From: Podarcis bocagei
Taxonomy: Eukaryota
Length of the DNA stretch: 64,000 bases
NCBI GenBank assembly: GCA_964188305.1
Contig: OZ076886.1
Strand: one strand, 5' to 3'
A program made the translations under genes and the position numbers. The notes beneath the pieces were generated by a model. It was not told the DNA's origin and searched no databases. It saw only the letters and a list, made by a program, of their open reading frames with translations. Of the stretch, positions 47,607 to 61,154 are shown piece after piece (position 1 is the first letter of the stretch; each line of letters begins with the position of its first letter).

Positions 47607-49673
47607 GTAAGTCGGACTGCCAGCTGGAAGAGGGCGAGCGAGCGAGCGAGCGGAAGGGGTGGTGTTTGGGCTTGTGTGGGGCTGGATATCTGTGAGTGAG
47701 GGGTGCCTGGGTCGGCTGGGGGGAAGCTGTGCCTGGCGTTGAAGGGAATGGCTCCCCTTGATCTCAAGACAGTGGTTTCGGTGACTTCTTGACCCTCTGC
47801 TGATTAGGGGAAGGGTGTCCCTTTTTTGGGGGGGATCTTGCAAATCCAAACCCCTCTGGATCTCCACCAGCTGCTTTTCCTTTCGAGGGTGGGAGCAGGA
47901 AAACCCAGCTCCAGGTTTTTCTTCCCCTTCTGAGGTAGGAGGAGGAGTGCATTTCTTATTTTATTTTTAAGAGGGTTCTGGCATTCAAGTCCACCTAGAA
48001 AGGTTGCTAAGTGCTTGTTTTCTATTTAGGGAATAATAGCCCTCTCTGTTTTGCATTCACTTCTTCTGGCGTGATGAAACAGGTGTGTTTCCTTCTCCTC
48101 CTCCCCTCCCTCCCAACCCCCTTCAAGGTTCTGGTGAAGCCTGGCTAGGATTGCAAGTCCCTTGAGGAGGAAGAAGTCGGGTGAAGAATTGGATTTGGGG
48201 TTAAGTGCGGGGAGGTGGAGAAAGACACAGTCTTGCTGCCTTTCCTTCCCCAGGATAGGAAATTGGGGAGGGAGATAGGGCAGTGAGAGTTTCCCAAAGT
48301 GTAAACACAGGATGGAGTAGAGGCACATGTACCTCCTAGCAACCTGCTGGGGAAAGGAAAGAGGATGGGGGAAAATAAGGGCAGGCAAAATGGTTCAAAA
48401 GCTTCTCTCTATCCCTGTTATTCGTTATCTACTGCCCCTTTCTAAGGAGCCTATTTGGCCTCCCCACAAAAACCCTTGAGAAGGCCTGGCTTCTCCTTCC
48501 CCACTTTTTGAGCCAGCCCAGGTGAATGGTATTTTAGATCCCAGCCCCCTCCACCTCCACCTCCCCAAACTCAAATTTGTTTGCTTTGTGCCTGGCTTCC
48601 TTTGGCTTCATCCACTCTTCTCATTTAAGTGCAAAACGAAAGAACTGACGATATTTCCCCCTCCTTTCTATCAAACATTTCTCCCCCCCACCCCCTCTAG
48701 TTGTTATGCATTTAGCAAACTAGTCTCTGGGCTTGAGCAGTAAATTGAGGCAGATAATTGGTTAGCGGAATAATGTCAGTGTTTGTTTCTCTGATCCTTA
48801 TTCGGAGTGAAATCTGCAGGTCAAATGACATCCATTGCCAGTAGGTCTGAAGGAAGAGGAAGAACCCATCTGAACGGAAAGTTCAGAGCCTGTCGTGGAA
48901 GATTAATCACATCCCCTCTAATGTTGAATGGCTAGCAAATTATGTAATATATATATATATATATGAGTGTGTGGGGTGTGTGTTTTGATTCACACATATT
49001 ATGAACTTGTACATTCGTCTGACATTTAGTACACACATCTGACGTTTGCGTTGCGATACAGAAGCCCTTTGAAGAAGCATTTTTTTGTGATTCTTTTCTT
49101 CTCTGTGAGTCCAATGTTAAGTATGCTTGCATATGCACGTATGCCCATATTTCCCCATAAGTTTTCCCTAGCCAAGTAGTTTGCTTTACACATGGTTGTG
49201 TGAAACTTAGAATAGTTTTATATCTAACTCTTTCCTACGGAAATGTGTAAACAATGAGGGGAGTGCTGCCAATCTATTATTATTCCCCACCCCATTGCTT
49301 CTTGTGCATAAATTCATTTTATGTTTGTGGAATGCATAAGAAAGCTTTTAATAAAAAGTTTTAGCTGCTAATTAAATGCTCTGTAGGAACATCCTTAACT
49401 GCTAAATGAAGTGTGCCATAGAAACAGTTCATCAGTTGATGGGAATGCCTGTTGGGCATGAATTATATGCTTTGAGCCTACCTTTTCTACACGGAAATGC
49501 TGTTTGAAGGAAATGTATGTTGCTGGGCTAAATACTTGCAGTTTGTATCTTAGCCTGTGAATACTGTATTTTAATAGTTATTACAGTATCTCTATTTCAA
49601 GGATGGGGCAGAAGCTGAAAGGATTAAGTCATATGGCCTATCCAAAGTCTGAAGAACACCCAAAACAGAGCAA

Positions 49674-49674
<1 letters not shown>

Positions 49675-49727
<53 letters not shown>
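49675..49727. repeat. (AAC)n microsatellite
   Basis: Direct reading. Other simple repeats: (CA)n ~747-766, (TGA)n 13768-13801, (TG)n ~17773-17802 and ~58977-59010, polyT ~23855-23883, (TCTG)/(TCTA) ~63305-63351. Confidence 0.95.
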
Positions 49728-51229
49728 CTCAGGGAGCAGGGAATCTAGCTGGTGGTGAAGGCTTGCTTCAGAAAACCAGTTGTTGGTGTAGAAAACTAGC
49801 TAGGCTAGAAAATTCTGCATACTTTGGTTCCAAACAGTGTTGCAACTGGAGCCTAATGATGATGATGTGCTTGTTTCGTGCATCTTATCATCCAGCTAGA
49901 CAATCACAGTGAAATACATTGAAGGACAAGTTAGGCATGGAAATGGAGCTTTTGCTTTCTGCCCATAATTTAATTGTGTTGCTATATCATGTGTCTGCCT
50001 GTCTGTCTCTGCAGCACATGTGGTTGGATCTGTGTTTATTTTATAGCAAACCATGATACATTAGGTCACCTATGTCTGCTGAAGATTTTTGGATTATGTA
50101 TATGGAATTTCACATTATCTAGGCAGGGTAGAAATAATCTAGTTGTGACTATCTATGATTGTCTTAGAGTCAGTTAGAAGAAGCTTGATGCTTTCTGTCA
50201 TATGACCAGTATATCATTTTGTTTTACACGAAAGCCACAATATCTATGTACCATTGTTTATGCATACCATCCTCTGTGCTTCCTGAACTTTGCAATGAAA
50301 CTTGAACTGGGGCCTTTTAAGGGAAGGGTGAGGCATTGTGGCAGGATGGAAGAGACTACGCAGACTTTGAAGAGAAAGTGCTTCTCCTTTCCCCACCCCC
50401 TCCTGCCCACCTCAAGGTTCTTCTGTTGCCTCCCTTTTTTCAGCCAAGTCAAAGCAGAAATGTATGGAGCATTCAAAGGAAGATACAAAGAATGCTATCC
50501 AGAGACTGCTATCAGCTTAATACGAGGATTGCACCACGTACACTTCCTTCTGCCAACTCAAACCTACAGATCTCTTGAGCTTTGAGCCAGAGGTGTAAAA
50601 CACTTCAGGGATTGGACAGCATGACTCCATGAGGGTGCTTATGGGGTGGATTGCTGACCCACAAAGAGCTTGGCTTAAGGAATAGTAGAACTGTAGAGTT
50701 GGACGAGACACCAATGCAAGAAGGCAGCAGTCAGGGCTTTATGGTGCTATCGATTTTGACTCTTTAGTCTTTTCAGCCACATTAGTTTTTGAGGAGCTTT
50801 CTACAATTAATAGCATCATTTGCATCAAGTATCCATCAAGAATCACAGAGTTGTTCAGACTTGTGTAGGCTGACTATATAGCTTGACTCTCACCCAATAG
50901 TCTGTCCCCTTGGACAGATTTTGATATTATGAAAAAATCTTCAAAATTATGACTTTTAGGTAGGAAAGCGAAACATTATAATTCATTTTTCTTCCAAACT
51001 GATATGTTGCTGATTTCCTAGAGCAGTTTATGATAAAGCTACTAAAGCACAGTGTTTTCTGTTTTCTTAAATGCCCTTTTTATTGACTAATTTTCTAGTG
51101 ATAACCAGCCAGTGACAAAACTCAGCTTGATTCAGCCTCAAACCTAGTTCCAAAGATGTAACCACATTATTCTCCTGGCAAAAGAAAAGAAAAAAACCCC
51201 AAAGAGTTTTGTGGCATCTTCTTGTTTTG

Positions 51230-52140
51230 TTTCCCCCCCAGCATCTCACATCCATATTTGGATATATGCCTCTTCAAGTTCTCTCCATTGCTTTCTGCTG
51301 TTTGCTCCTTGCATCCACACAAGCCTTGCTGTTAGTTTCAGATCATCCGCCTGTGGTTCCGCCTTGGTCTTTTGAAATTGTAGGCTCTCCATTCTAACCC
51401 TGCTTTAGTCCATTGGCCTAAATTGCCCCTTGTAACATGTCCTGCCTTATGTCCAACTTCAACTTCATGGCCTTCACCACTCCATCCATAACTTCTGGTC
51501 TCTGTCATATCCAGTTACTAGCTTTTCTGTCTTTTATATTCCTGACATTGAACATTCCATGGTACATTGTGTTATTCTTAAGCTGTTCATGTTTCTCTGT
51601 GTCATGGTCCAAGTCTTCTCTCCAAAACACATCACATGTAATACATTATTTTAGTCTTGGCTGTGGGTTAAACCACAGAGCCTAGGGCTTGCCAATCAGA
51701 AGGTCAGCAGTTCGAATCCCCGCGATGGGGTGAGCTCATGTTGCTCGGTCCCTGCTGCAGCCAACCTAGCAGTTCGAAAGCATGTCAAAGTGCAGGTAGA
51801 TAAATAGATACTGCTCCAGCAGGAAGGTAAACAGCGTTTCCGTGCGCTGCTCTGGTTTGCCAGAAGTGGCTTAGTCATGCTGACCACATGACCCGGAAGC
51901 TGTACGCCGGCTCCCTCAGCCAATAAAGCGAGATGAGCGCTGCAACCCCAGAGTCGGTCACAACTGGACCTAATGGTCAGGGGTACCTTTACCTTTAGGT
52001 TCAATCTTCAGTCCTACCTTTTTTGATACTTCATTTAGTTCTTCCAACATTTTTTTTATAGTTCTTGTTGACCTTTGGCTATTGCAACTATATCTTCTGC
52101 GTATCATAGACAATTTAGATCTCTTCCATTGATGTTGATT
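51230..52140 (-). mobile_element. Ancient RTE-clade LINE fragment interrupted by a Sauria SINE
   Basis: Broken frames give L*YAEDIVAIA..QEL / MLEELNEVSKKVGLKI (YADD region) and downstream WT.T..EQLRITQ..ME...AGHV.R-like motifs. Confidence 0.62.
51659..51996 (+). mobile_element. Sauria SINE
   Basis: Reverse complement of 1275-1624; ends ...gggtacctttaccttt. Confidence 0.88.
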
Positions 52141-52144
52141 CCAT

Positions 52145-52390
52145 TCTGGCCTCTTAAAGGCTAACAAATATCTTATGCCTTTTGTGGATCAAAGTTTACC
52201 GCATAAAATGCAGGAAGTGCTATGAGTTGCAGGTATACATATTGTATACCTGAATATATACCAACCAACACGGGATAACGCTTCATGCATCTGATAAACT
52301 GGACTGTAATCCATGAAAGCTTATGCTATAATAAATTTGTAAATAAATAAAGAAATACATTTGTGCATCTTTAAAGTTCCATAGGGCTCT
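52145..52390. mobile_element. Degenerate inverted pair of Penelope-like termini
   Basis: Plus-strand arm gcat-CTGATAA-..tggac..tcca-GAAAgctt-atgc (52287-52326); decayed reverse arm at 52145-52212. Confidence 0.55.
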
Positions 52391-53801
52391 TTATCACTTT
52401 TGCAGCAAACCTAAACACACTGGCCAGTGTGTGTATTCCTCTAAACATAGTGGAACTAAAAAAAGGAAACACTTAGGGTCACACAATCATCCTTGCCACA
52501 TAATAGGTTTTAAATCTCACATCTCCCTTTCTTGCACTTAATGCTCCATATGAGTTGTCATTTAAAACTTAAAATAGGAAACAGCAACCTTCTGCTCATT
52601 TTGTTTTTGTTGTGGCAAATTCTACACCAGTTTGCATCCATTGACACATATGCTCAGAGCAGTCCAATTATGCCCCCTTAATTGCCAGATTTACAGCTGT
52701 TTCCTTTTGAGTGTTTAATGGCATGCAATATGACCAGTTTCTCTCCCTCTTAAAATAAATAAAGTGCTGATTGCAATGGAATCAATCTGTTTTTAACTAC
52801 TCTTACTAATAGTGGTGTGTTCTTGGCTGATGCTACCATGCAAAGATTTGAAGTGTTTGTTCACTGTTTTTCATGCGAGGAGACTTGATACTGGAGTGTC
52901 TAATAAAGTTCTCAGTTTTGACATCTTTTCAATAGTATGTTGAGCTACAGTACTATGTTTCCTGCAGTGTCTCAAGAAGGCCCGCATCTCAAAACAATTC
53001 TCTTACTACAAGGGGAAGCCCACATGGTGCTTTCCTTATGTTTGTTGGACTCCAACTCCCATCATCCCTGACCATTGGCCATACTGGCTGAGGCTGATGG
53101 GAGTTGGAGTCCATCAAATATCTGGAAGTAGCTAGGATGGCTACCCTTGAGTTACTGTGCTGCAGACAGTGTATCTCGCTGCCAGCAGCAAGGTGTAAAC
53201 CCTGAAGTGATCTCACATATTCATAATGTTTGAATATTCATTCTTTGGTGACCAGAGTGGTGTCATGATGGTTTGAGTTTGACTATTTCAATAAATTGTG
53301 TTAAGCTTTTTATAGCATTGTGTTTTAACTGTTGTAACCCTCCCTGGCACTTTCATATGAATGACAGGTAATAAAACAACAGCAGCAACAAGTAAGAGGA
53401 GCATTATTCACAGACTCTGTTCTTGTGGTTCAGGAAGTTCTATCTCTTTCCTCCCTTTACATCCACGGCTGTACCCAGCTGCCTCAAGCAGCCTATTCAG
53501 GGGCCCTGGATAAGGCTGACCCAACTCGGAGACCACTCAACCTGGATTGTCATGGGAATAGCCACACAAGTGGTAACATTTACATGGAAAGGGAGGATGA
53601 CTCCTGATAGATTACTTAATTTATGAATAGTCAGTGCAATCACTTCAAAGTGTCCCTTTCTCTCAGATGGAATTCATAAGGTTTTGTGCTTTACCAGGTT
53701 ACAATACTGGGGCTAATCTTGCAAGTAGAAAGGCAACTAGGGCAACAGTGGAAGAAGACTCACAGCAAACTCAACCGAGCGCATCTTAAAGGCCATTTTC
53801 C

Positions 53802-54733
53802 TAGAATCATAGAATCATAGAGTTGGAAGAGACCACAAGGGCCATCGAGTCCAACCCCCTGCCAAGCAGGAAACACCATCAGAGCACTCCTGACATATGG
53901 TTGTCAAGCCTCTGCTTAAAGACCTCCAAAGTAGGAGACTCCACCACACTCCTTGGCAGCAAATTCCACTGTCGAACAGCTCTTACTGTCAGGAAGTTCT
54001 TCCTAATGTTTAGGTGGAATCTTCTTTCTTGTAGTTTGGATCCATTGCTCCGTGTCCGCTTCTCTGGAGCAGCAGAAAACAACCTTTCTCCCTCCTCTAT
54101 GTGACATCCTTTTATATATTTGAACATGGCTATCATATCACCCCTTAACCTCCTCTTCTCCAGGCTAAACATGCCCAGCTCCCTTAGCCGTTCCTCATAA
54201 GGCATCGTTTCCAGGCCTTTGACCATTTTGGTTGCCCTCCTCTGGACACGTTCCAGTTTGTCAGTGTCCTTCTTGAACTGTGGTGCCCAGAACTGGACAC
54301 AGTACTCCAGGTGAGGTCTGACCAGAGCAGAATACAGTGGCACTATTACTTCCCTTGATCTAGATGCTATACTCCTATTGATGCAGCCCAGAATTGCATT
54401 GGCTTTTTTAGCTGCTGTATCACACTGTTGGCTCATGTCAAGTTTGTGGTCAACCAAGACTCCTAGATCCTTTTCACATGTACTGCTCTCAAGCCAGGTG
54501 TCACCCATCTTGTATTTGTGCCTCTCATTTTTTTTGCCCAAGTGCAATACTTTACATTTCTCCCTGTTAAAATTCATCTTGTTTGTTTTTGCCCAGTTCT
54601 CTAATCTGTCAAGGTAGTTTTGAAGTGTGATCCTGTCCTCTGGGGTGTTAGCCACCCCTCCCAGTTTGGTGTCACCTGCAAATTTGATCAGGATGCCCTT
54701 GAGTCCATCATCCAAGATGTTGATAAAGATGTT
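53802..54733 (-). mobile_element. CR1 LINE 3' end (young), RT C-terminus
   Basis: Uninterrupted 278-codon frame (KFAGDTKLGG...LVRPHLEYCVQFWAP...WNLLP) and (ATTCTATG)-type tail; the catalytic FADD motif reads FAGD. Confidence 0.95.
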
Positions 54734-55079
54734 TATTCTATGATGGTGGCAAAGAAGTTACTGTTTTCTATCACCATCGCATCTGTTCAGTGTTGTGCAG
54801 TGGAATTCCCCCATGTGATGAGGGACTTAATTGAAATCAGTCTGGCCAGAGAGAGTCTCTGAGTTCCGGCACCTCTTTGTTCCATTACGGCAGCTCTGTA
54901 GAGTGGGGGGAATCACTGAATTCTTCTGAGTTAAACAGCTATCACCTGATCCAACACATTTTGGGTTGGGGGGGAGCAAGGGGAGTGTGTGGGTGGTGGT
55001 GGCACAGCTCCAGAGATTCTTGGATGGAATTGATTGGATGGAATTGATGAGATTCTTTCTCATCTGGCCTTTGGACTAG

Positions 55080-56099
55080 TTTGGGGACTGAAACTGACTT
55101 TGTTGTCCCACTGGATGACTTGAAAGGGAGATTGTTGGTGAGTGTGACCCTCTTGGTTCTTCTTTTCAACTTATCAGTGGCATTTGACAACAGTGGCCAT
55201 GGTTCTTCTGGGTAACCTTATGGGGATGGGTATTAGGATTGTGGTATGGAACTGCTACCATTTATTTCTGACCACGAGGACACCCAGTGGCCTACAGGAT
55301 TCTGTGTGGTTCCATCTTGTCTCCTATACTGTTTTACATCTATAGTGTATCACTGGAAGAAGGCAGCAGAAGATTTAGGGGGTGGCATCATCAATATGCT
55401 GGTGATATCCAGCTCTATCTTTTTTTTACACATACGCTCCTAGGGAGAAAATGGAAACCCTAGACCAGTGTTCCCCAACCTTGGGCCTTCAGCTGTTTTT
55501 GGACTACAATTCCCATCATCCTTGACCACTGGTCTTGCTAGCGAGGGATGATGGGAGTTGTAGTCCAAAAACAGCTGGAGGCCCATGGTTGGGGAACACT
55601 GCCCTAGACTACTGATGGGGTATAACAAGCTAAAACTTAATTCAGAAAAGACAGAAGTACTTGGGGTGGATGGGCCACCCAATTCAGGTTTAGGAGTGCA
55701 GTCTGCCTTGAATGTAGTTGCATTCCTTCTAAAAGTCCAAGCCTATAGTTTGGAGGTGCTCCTTGACATGGTGTTGCTGCTGAATGTACAGGTTTTGAGG
55801 AGCATCTTTTCATGACTTCAACTGGTACATCGCCTACAGTCTTACCTGATGAAAGGACCTTGCCATACTCACTCATGCCCTAGGTACCTCTAGGTTAGAC
55901 TACTGTAATGCGTTCTAGATAGGGCATCCCTTGTAAAAGGTTTAAAAGCACCTGCCATTAGTGTAAAATGCTGTTGCCAGGGTTTTGACTGGAATGAGGT
56001 GAGCATAACATATTATTCCATTTTCTTTGATCTACTCTGTGTGCCAGCTTGTTTCCAGACTCAATTCAAGATCCTAGCTTTTACCTTTAAGTGCCTAAA
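55080..56099 (+). mobile_element. Old L2 LINE RT region, decayed
   Basis: Fragments LSVAFD, YAGDIQLY, NKLKLNSEKTEVL, RLDYCN, QFKIL..TFK.L. Confidence 0.72.
55466..55601. mobile_element. Palindromic hAT MITE
   Basis: ~58-bp inverted arms and perfect 8-bp TSD ccctagac. Decayed relatives near 45, 2690, 5500, 6330, 10060, 14250, 15305, 22095, 44605 and 53010. Confidence 0.9.
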
Positions 56100-56600
56100 T
56101 GTCAAGGTGGTGTTACCTCTTCGCAGTAACACTCCAGTACACTCAGCATGATATTTACAGTCTTTATTACATATATACAACAGAACAGCTACAGTTCAAA
56201 ATCATGTGTCCGAACCTGTCGAGTCAGATTCGGGGAGTGGCTTCTTTAGATTCCAGCACCAACAAAGTAGGCGTGGAAATCTCACGAGACGTCTATGATC
56301 TTTACGTTTCATTTCTCTCCTTGCCTGTGCTGATGTGAATGCTCCCCCCCCCCCTTTCTGAGTCTCCCGGCTCTGGTGGGTTATAGGGCTCTTCACCGTC
56401 TCTGACCCCCTGCTCCGCCTGACTACTCTCCGCCCCCTGTTCTGCTTCATGCCTCATTTCCCTGTCTTCCTCTTCTGACAGTCCCTGCTCAGAACCCTCC
56501 CCTGCTACTGATGAAGCAGCGCGTTCTGGCTCTTCCCTGACGTGGGAACCATAAGGACTTCCTTCTTCCATTTCCTCTATTTATCATTTGAGGCCCTGAC
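56100..56600 (-). mobile_element. LTR-like insertion (boundaries uncertain)
   Basis: Begins tgtcaagg, has ccctgac ends at ~56541 or ~56600, minus-strand AATAAA near 56165, retains CpGs, interrupts L2. No clear TSD. Confidence 0.4.
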
Positions 56601-56706
56601 TTGCTCTCCTTAGCTGTCTGAGACCTACTGGATGGCAACAAGGAACAGGGTTTTGGTGTGTTCTTGGGGTGGCAACACCTATCCTATGGAACACCTTTCT
56701 GGTTGA

Positions 56707-56831
56707 GATGAGACTCTTAATCTCAGGGTTGTGCATTTGAGCCCCACACTGGACAAAAGATTCCTGTGTTACAGGGCATTGGACTAGATGATCCTTGTGG
56801 TCCCTTCCAGCTTTACGGTTCTGTGATTCTA
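56707..56831 (+). mobile_element. tRNA-Lys(CTT)-derived SINE with CR1 tail
   Basis: tgagactcttaatctcagggt..gagccccac matches the tRNA-Lys anticodon and T arms; CR1-like ggactagatgatc...ttctgtgattcta end. A similar tail lies at ~62965-63040. Confidence 0.72.
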
Positions 56832-57073
56832 GATTCACCAAAACCTGATACTGTACTTTATGATTTTCAGCATTTGGTTAAAATGTAGCTGTTTAGAATG
56901 GACTTCAACTGAAGGACATTTCTCTCCTCATTATATTAGGGTTGTTTCTTTTTCTGTGCATTCAGTTGCGGCTTTTGAGGCTGCTTGGGGAGAGATATGA
57001 ATTGTTTTGTGAATTTGGTTTCTATTGTTTGTATATTGCACTGTTTATGTAAGCCACTTCAAAGGGTTCCTTT

Positions 57074-57240
57074 ATAGAATCATAGAATCATAGAATCATA
57101 GAGTTGGAAGAGACCACAAGGGCCATCGAGTCCAACCCCCTGCCAAGCAGGAAACACCATCAGAGCACTCCTGACATATGGTTGTCAAGCCTCTGCTTAA
57201 AGACCTCCAAAGAAGGAGACTCCACCACACTCCTTGGCAG
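57074..57240 (-). mobile_element. CR1 3' fragment, same young family
   Basis: Near-identical to 53802-53958. Confidence 0.92.
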
Positions 57241-58974
57241 TTTTAAAGATTAATAAATAAATAAGTTCAAAATATGCATGAGAAGACAAATATTTTGAAT
57301 GGGTCCTGGCTGTGTAAACAGAGTCCACCATATGACATTATTTTCCCATCACATGAATCTCTGGTGGACAGTGGGACCAAAATTTTAAAAAAGAAATGTG
57401 ACTCAGCCGGGTGGTGTTCAAGTCTGTGCTTGTGGTGTGGCTTTTTATCATGGTGCATGAACTTGCCCCAAAGCTGCTATAAGCCAAAGACACACAGAAT
57501 TCACTTGTGTGCAAAGTAAGTGTAGCAGACAAGCAAGCTACACAGGTGTGGCAAAAGTTGGTAGCAGGACAATGAGACACACACCCCATTTCTGAAGCAA
57601 AGTGTGAGACCTTCCACCTCATTATCTCATAGATTATTCATGCTGATTTACACAATTGCTCTGACTAATAATAAGGACACTGGCACCAGGATTAGAAAGA
57701 GACGTAGGATTTGGGGTAAACATGTGTTTTTTCAGTAGCTATTGGTATTATTCCTTTAGTTTGAGTTGAGTTTTTTGCTTGTAAAAGGGATTGTGAATTT
57801 CATTTGGTAAAGTGGAGTTTTGTTGCTTTTTAAAAAACTTTTATTTACAGTACAACCCCGTGAACTTTTACTTGGAAATAAGTGTGCATCAGCTGGGAGC
57901 CCTAGAAATGCGTTGTTTTCTTTAGAAGTTACTCTTTCTTCCTAAGCCTTGAAATATCAGTTTTACTAATTTTTAAATAGTTTATTTCCCCGCTCGAACA
58001 AAACCTGACTGGCTTGCAGCTTCTGTTTTGAATTGCTGTCTTGGTAGAAAACATTAAACAAACACAAAACAGGCAGAGGGCAGTTAGTGAATCAATCCTT
58101 GGTTTCCTTTCATCTGGAGAAAACATCTTTCCTTTTCAGTGTTGCTTTCGTTCTGTTCTTTCTGTTCCTCTCACCCTCCTTAACAGGCATTTCACTTTAT
58201 CTTGAGGCAGAAATTGCAAAACTCTTTAATGTACAGATAATGCTAGTGCACTGCATTTATCTGTCCATCTGTAGCTGGAATTTATTTTCAAGCCTTACCA
58301 TGGCAGTCTTCAGATAATCAAAGCTGATAAGCCTCAATTTTCAACATACATCAGCATAAGTAATGGGAGAATGAGGGCAAAACAGTACTCTAGGAACAGA
58401 AATGCTCTGTTTGGGTCAATGTAAGTTGGAAAGAGCAAACATTCCAGACAACAAAAACAAAATTGGTTGGAGAAGATTCAGGGCTATATTTTTGTTGTAT
58501 TCTGCAATTAAATGTATCACATCTAGGGTTGAGTATGTACTGAATGGGGAAGAGCATGTCCAGAAACTTTAGCTGGTCCAGAGTGGCACTCTGAGAGTGA
58601 CTCAACATTTGGGTGGGACAGACAGAGGTCTAGGCCTGTTTTGTTTTCATTGAGTACATATTTGTTTTCAGACCAATTAGGGGGGGTAGCTTAATCCTAA
58701 ATTATTTAATTTATTAGATATCTAAAGGACCATTTCATCACATGTATGCAGTCTTGTAGATGCAGGTCAACATCAGAATTCCTTGTGCCTCTGCATCACC
58801 AGTGAGTTTAGCAGGTTGGCACTTAGAGGCATGAGCTTCTTAGCTGTATCCCTTCATCAACATCTATTTCATCAATGTTTTTATTTCACTGTATTGCCAG
58901 TACATGGCTATTTCTAGAGGGTCTATGGGGACTGCTTCTATTGTTTTTTAACTTGAATACCATTTTCCACTTTG

Positions 58975-59016
<42 letters not shown>

Positions 59017-60848
59017 ATATATGTATGTATGTAAAGGCAGGATATAACTATTTTAATAAATTGATTAAATGCAGCACTTACTGTTTTTACAAAGATGTTT
59101 GCAGTGTCAAAATATGATGATGATGATTTTGATGATTCCTCCCAGACTTCTTTGTAGAATATTAGTATATTTGTTAAATCAGACTTACTTTGATATTTGA
59201 TATTGCTTTGATATTTTGTAGCCAAATATGATTGTGTTGATCTACATTCTTTTTTGTGAAACAGTGTCAGGAATGTGAATGTGACACCCTGTTTACTATG
59301 TGATCCCTGATGGGATGGATTACTTTACCCTATTGGGAATTGAGTTTGAGTAGTTCATGTATATTCTTAGCGGTTTTGTAAGCTGCTCTGAGAGCCATTT
59401 TTTAGAAGGGCGGGGTATAACTGCTATACCAGCAGCAGCTATAGTGTTTGCTATGGTATATTTAATGCACCTTTTCAATAGAATGGAACAATCTTATTTC
59501 CCTTCCACCTGACTTGGAGTGGCTAAGCCTCAATGTCTTCTGCTTTTGTTCAGTTTGTATGTGTTTATGTTTGAGTAAGCCCAAAGAGTACATAAGGTGC
59601 TCTGCACTGCTGTAAAATACTTACATGTCTTGTCATAAAATGAAGCTGCTTACAAATCTATCTTTCTTTGACTGCTTATTTGACGGCAGTACCTGTTTGG
59701 AAACCTTAATAAGCAAAGAGAGGATATGATGCTTTTACCTAACATTCTATTCATATATCCCGCCCTGCTCCACCCCACCCCCCGCCCTCCAGCAATTCTG
59801 TTTTCAATAGGTCCTATATAAGGCACATACGCTTTATGCTGCATCCAGGCTATAACAAAACCCACTCTTCTGTCTGTTGTCCCAATGTACTTTCATACAT
59901 CTCTGCAGTTATAGTAGCATGCAAAGTAAGAAAGTTCCAGCGTAACTGAACTTTTTGATCTGCTGGTGTGGGGTTCTGTCATCAGCTTAATTTGTTTTTG
60001 TTTGGTTTAGGCATGCTTTTTAATAAGAAGATATAAAGCTGAAAATGAATGAACTGCAGCTAAAATATTATGTTCATTTTTCACATGGTCTAGTCCTAAT
60101 CTGAAGACTGCAAAAAACAAAGCCATGCTTCCCCTGCCCACCCCCCTAATATTCTTAAGAGGGTCTCTTCTCCAGTCTTCAGAGAGTGGATGGAAGTGGA
60201 GAGGCAGAAAATGGTCCTCCTTTCCTTCCACTCTGTAGTTTTAATCTGAAATCTTAGGCGAAACTGCTCCCGCTAATGAAATTCCTTGTTGCAAAACGCA
60301 CCTCGAACAATGGGAGTTTTGAATGCTGCAGGATATAATATTTGAATATTTAAAAATTTATCAAATGAAACTATAACTGGGAAATGGTTCTGACCAGCAG
60401 ATTACTGGACTGTGCCTCAATTTCCCTAATTTCTGCAATTATGTAGGTAAATGCCCACATTTGCTCAACAGGTGACCTTGCTTCCTGTTCTGTAGACTCT
60501 GCCTCTTTCCATTATTAGAGGGCTGCATTGTGGAACCTACAATTTATTTTGAAGGCTTACAGCTGTGTCTCTTGGTGAGAGCTGTAAACAAACATTTGCT
60601 GCCCTTACCTGAGTCTCTAACCCGTTGCATTTATATATCGTGTACTGTAACAAAAGTGAAGGGAGAACGGGTACCGCTGCCGATGAGTCATCAGGTGCTG
60701 CTGCTCTGAATCTTTTTACCTTTGTGTTGTTTCACCAAGAGACATTGCCATCATTTAAAGCCTGAGAATATATGCTTGCTTTTCCACATTTCATTACTTC
60801 TTCACATTGCATATGATTAACTTAGGGAATTCACTATTACAAGGTGGT

Positions 60849-61154
60849 TAGAATCATAGAATCATAGAATCATAGAGTTGGAAGAGACCACAAGGGCCAT
60901 CGAGTCCAACCCCCTGCCAAGCAGGAAACACCATCAGAGCACTCCTGACATATGGTTGTCAAGCCTCTGCTTAAAGACCTCCAAAGTAGGAGACTCCACC
61001 ACACTCCTTGGCAGCAAATTCCACTGTCGAACAGCTCTTACTGTCAGGAAGTTCTTCCTAATGTTTAGGTGGAATCTTCTTTCTTGTAGTTTGGATCCAT
61101 TGCTCCGTGTCCGCTTCTCTGGAGCAGCAGAAAACAACCTTTCTCCCTCCTCTA
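60849..61154 (-). mobile_element. CR1 3' fragment, same young family
   Basis: Appears identical to 53802-54099. Confidence 0.92.

Larger units (their letters stand above)
46770..47760. promoter_or_regulatory. CpG island / SYNPR promoter and 5' UTR
   Basis: Abrupt GC- and CpG-rich segment in CpG-depleted surroundings, spanning exons 1-2. Contains a (CCT)n tract at ~47135-47158 and GC-box-like motifs. Confidence 0.85.

Noticed and set aside
53879-54715. 278-aa ORF as a host gene
   Set aside because: It is the truncated CR1 ORF2 C-terminus with a CR1 tail and lacks the N-terminal domains.
54734-54745. Inverted CR1 tail motif (attctatgat) at the 5' truncation, and aagaggaggtta at ~61154, as twin-priming inversions
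   Set aside because: Only 10-12 bp; chance or a degenerate TSD explains them equally well.
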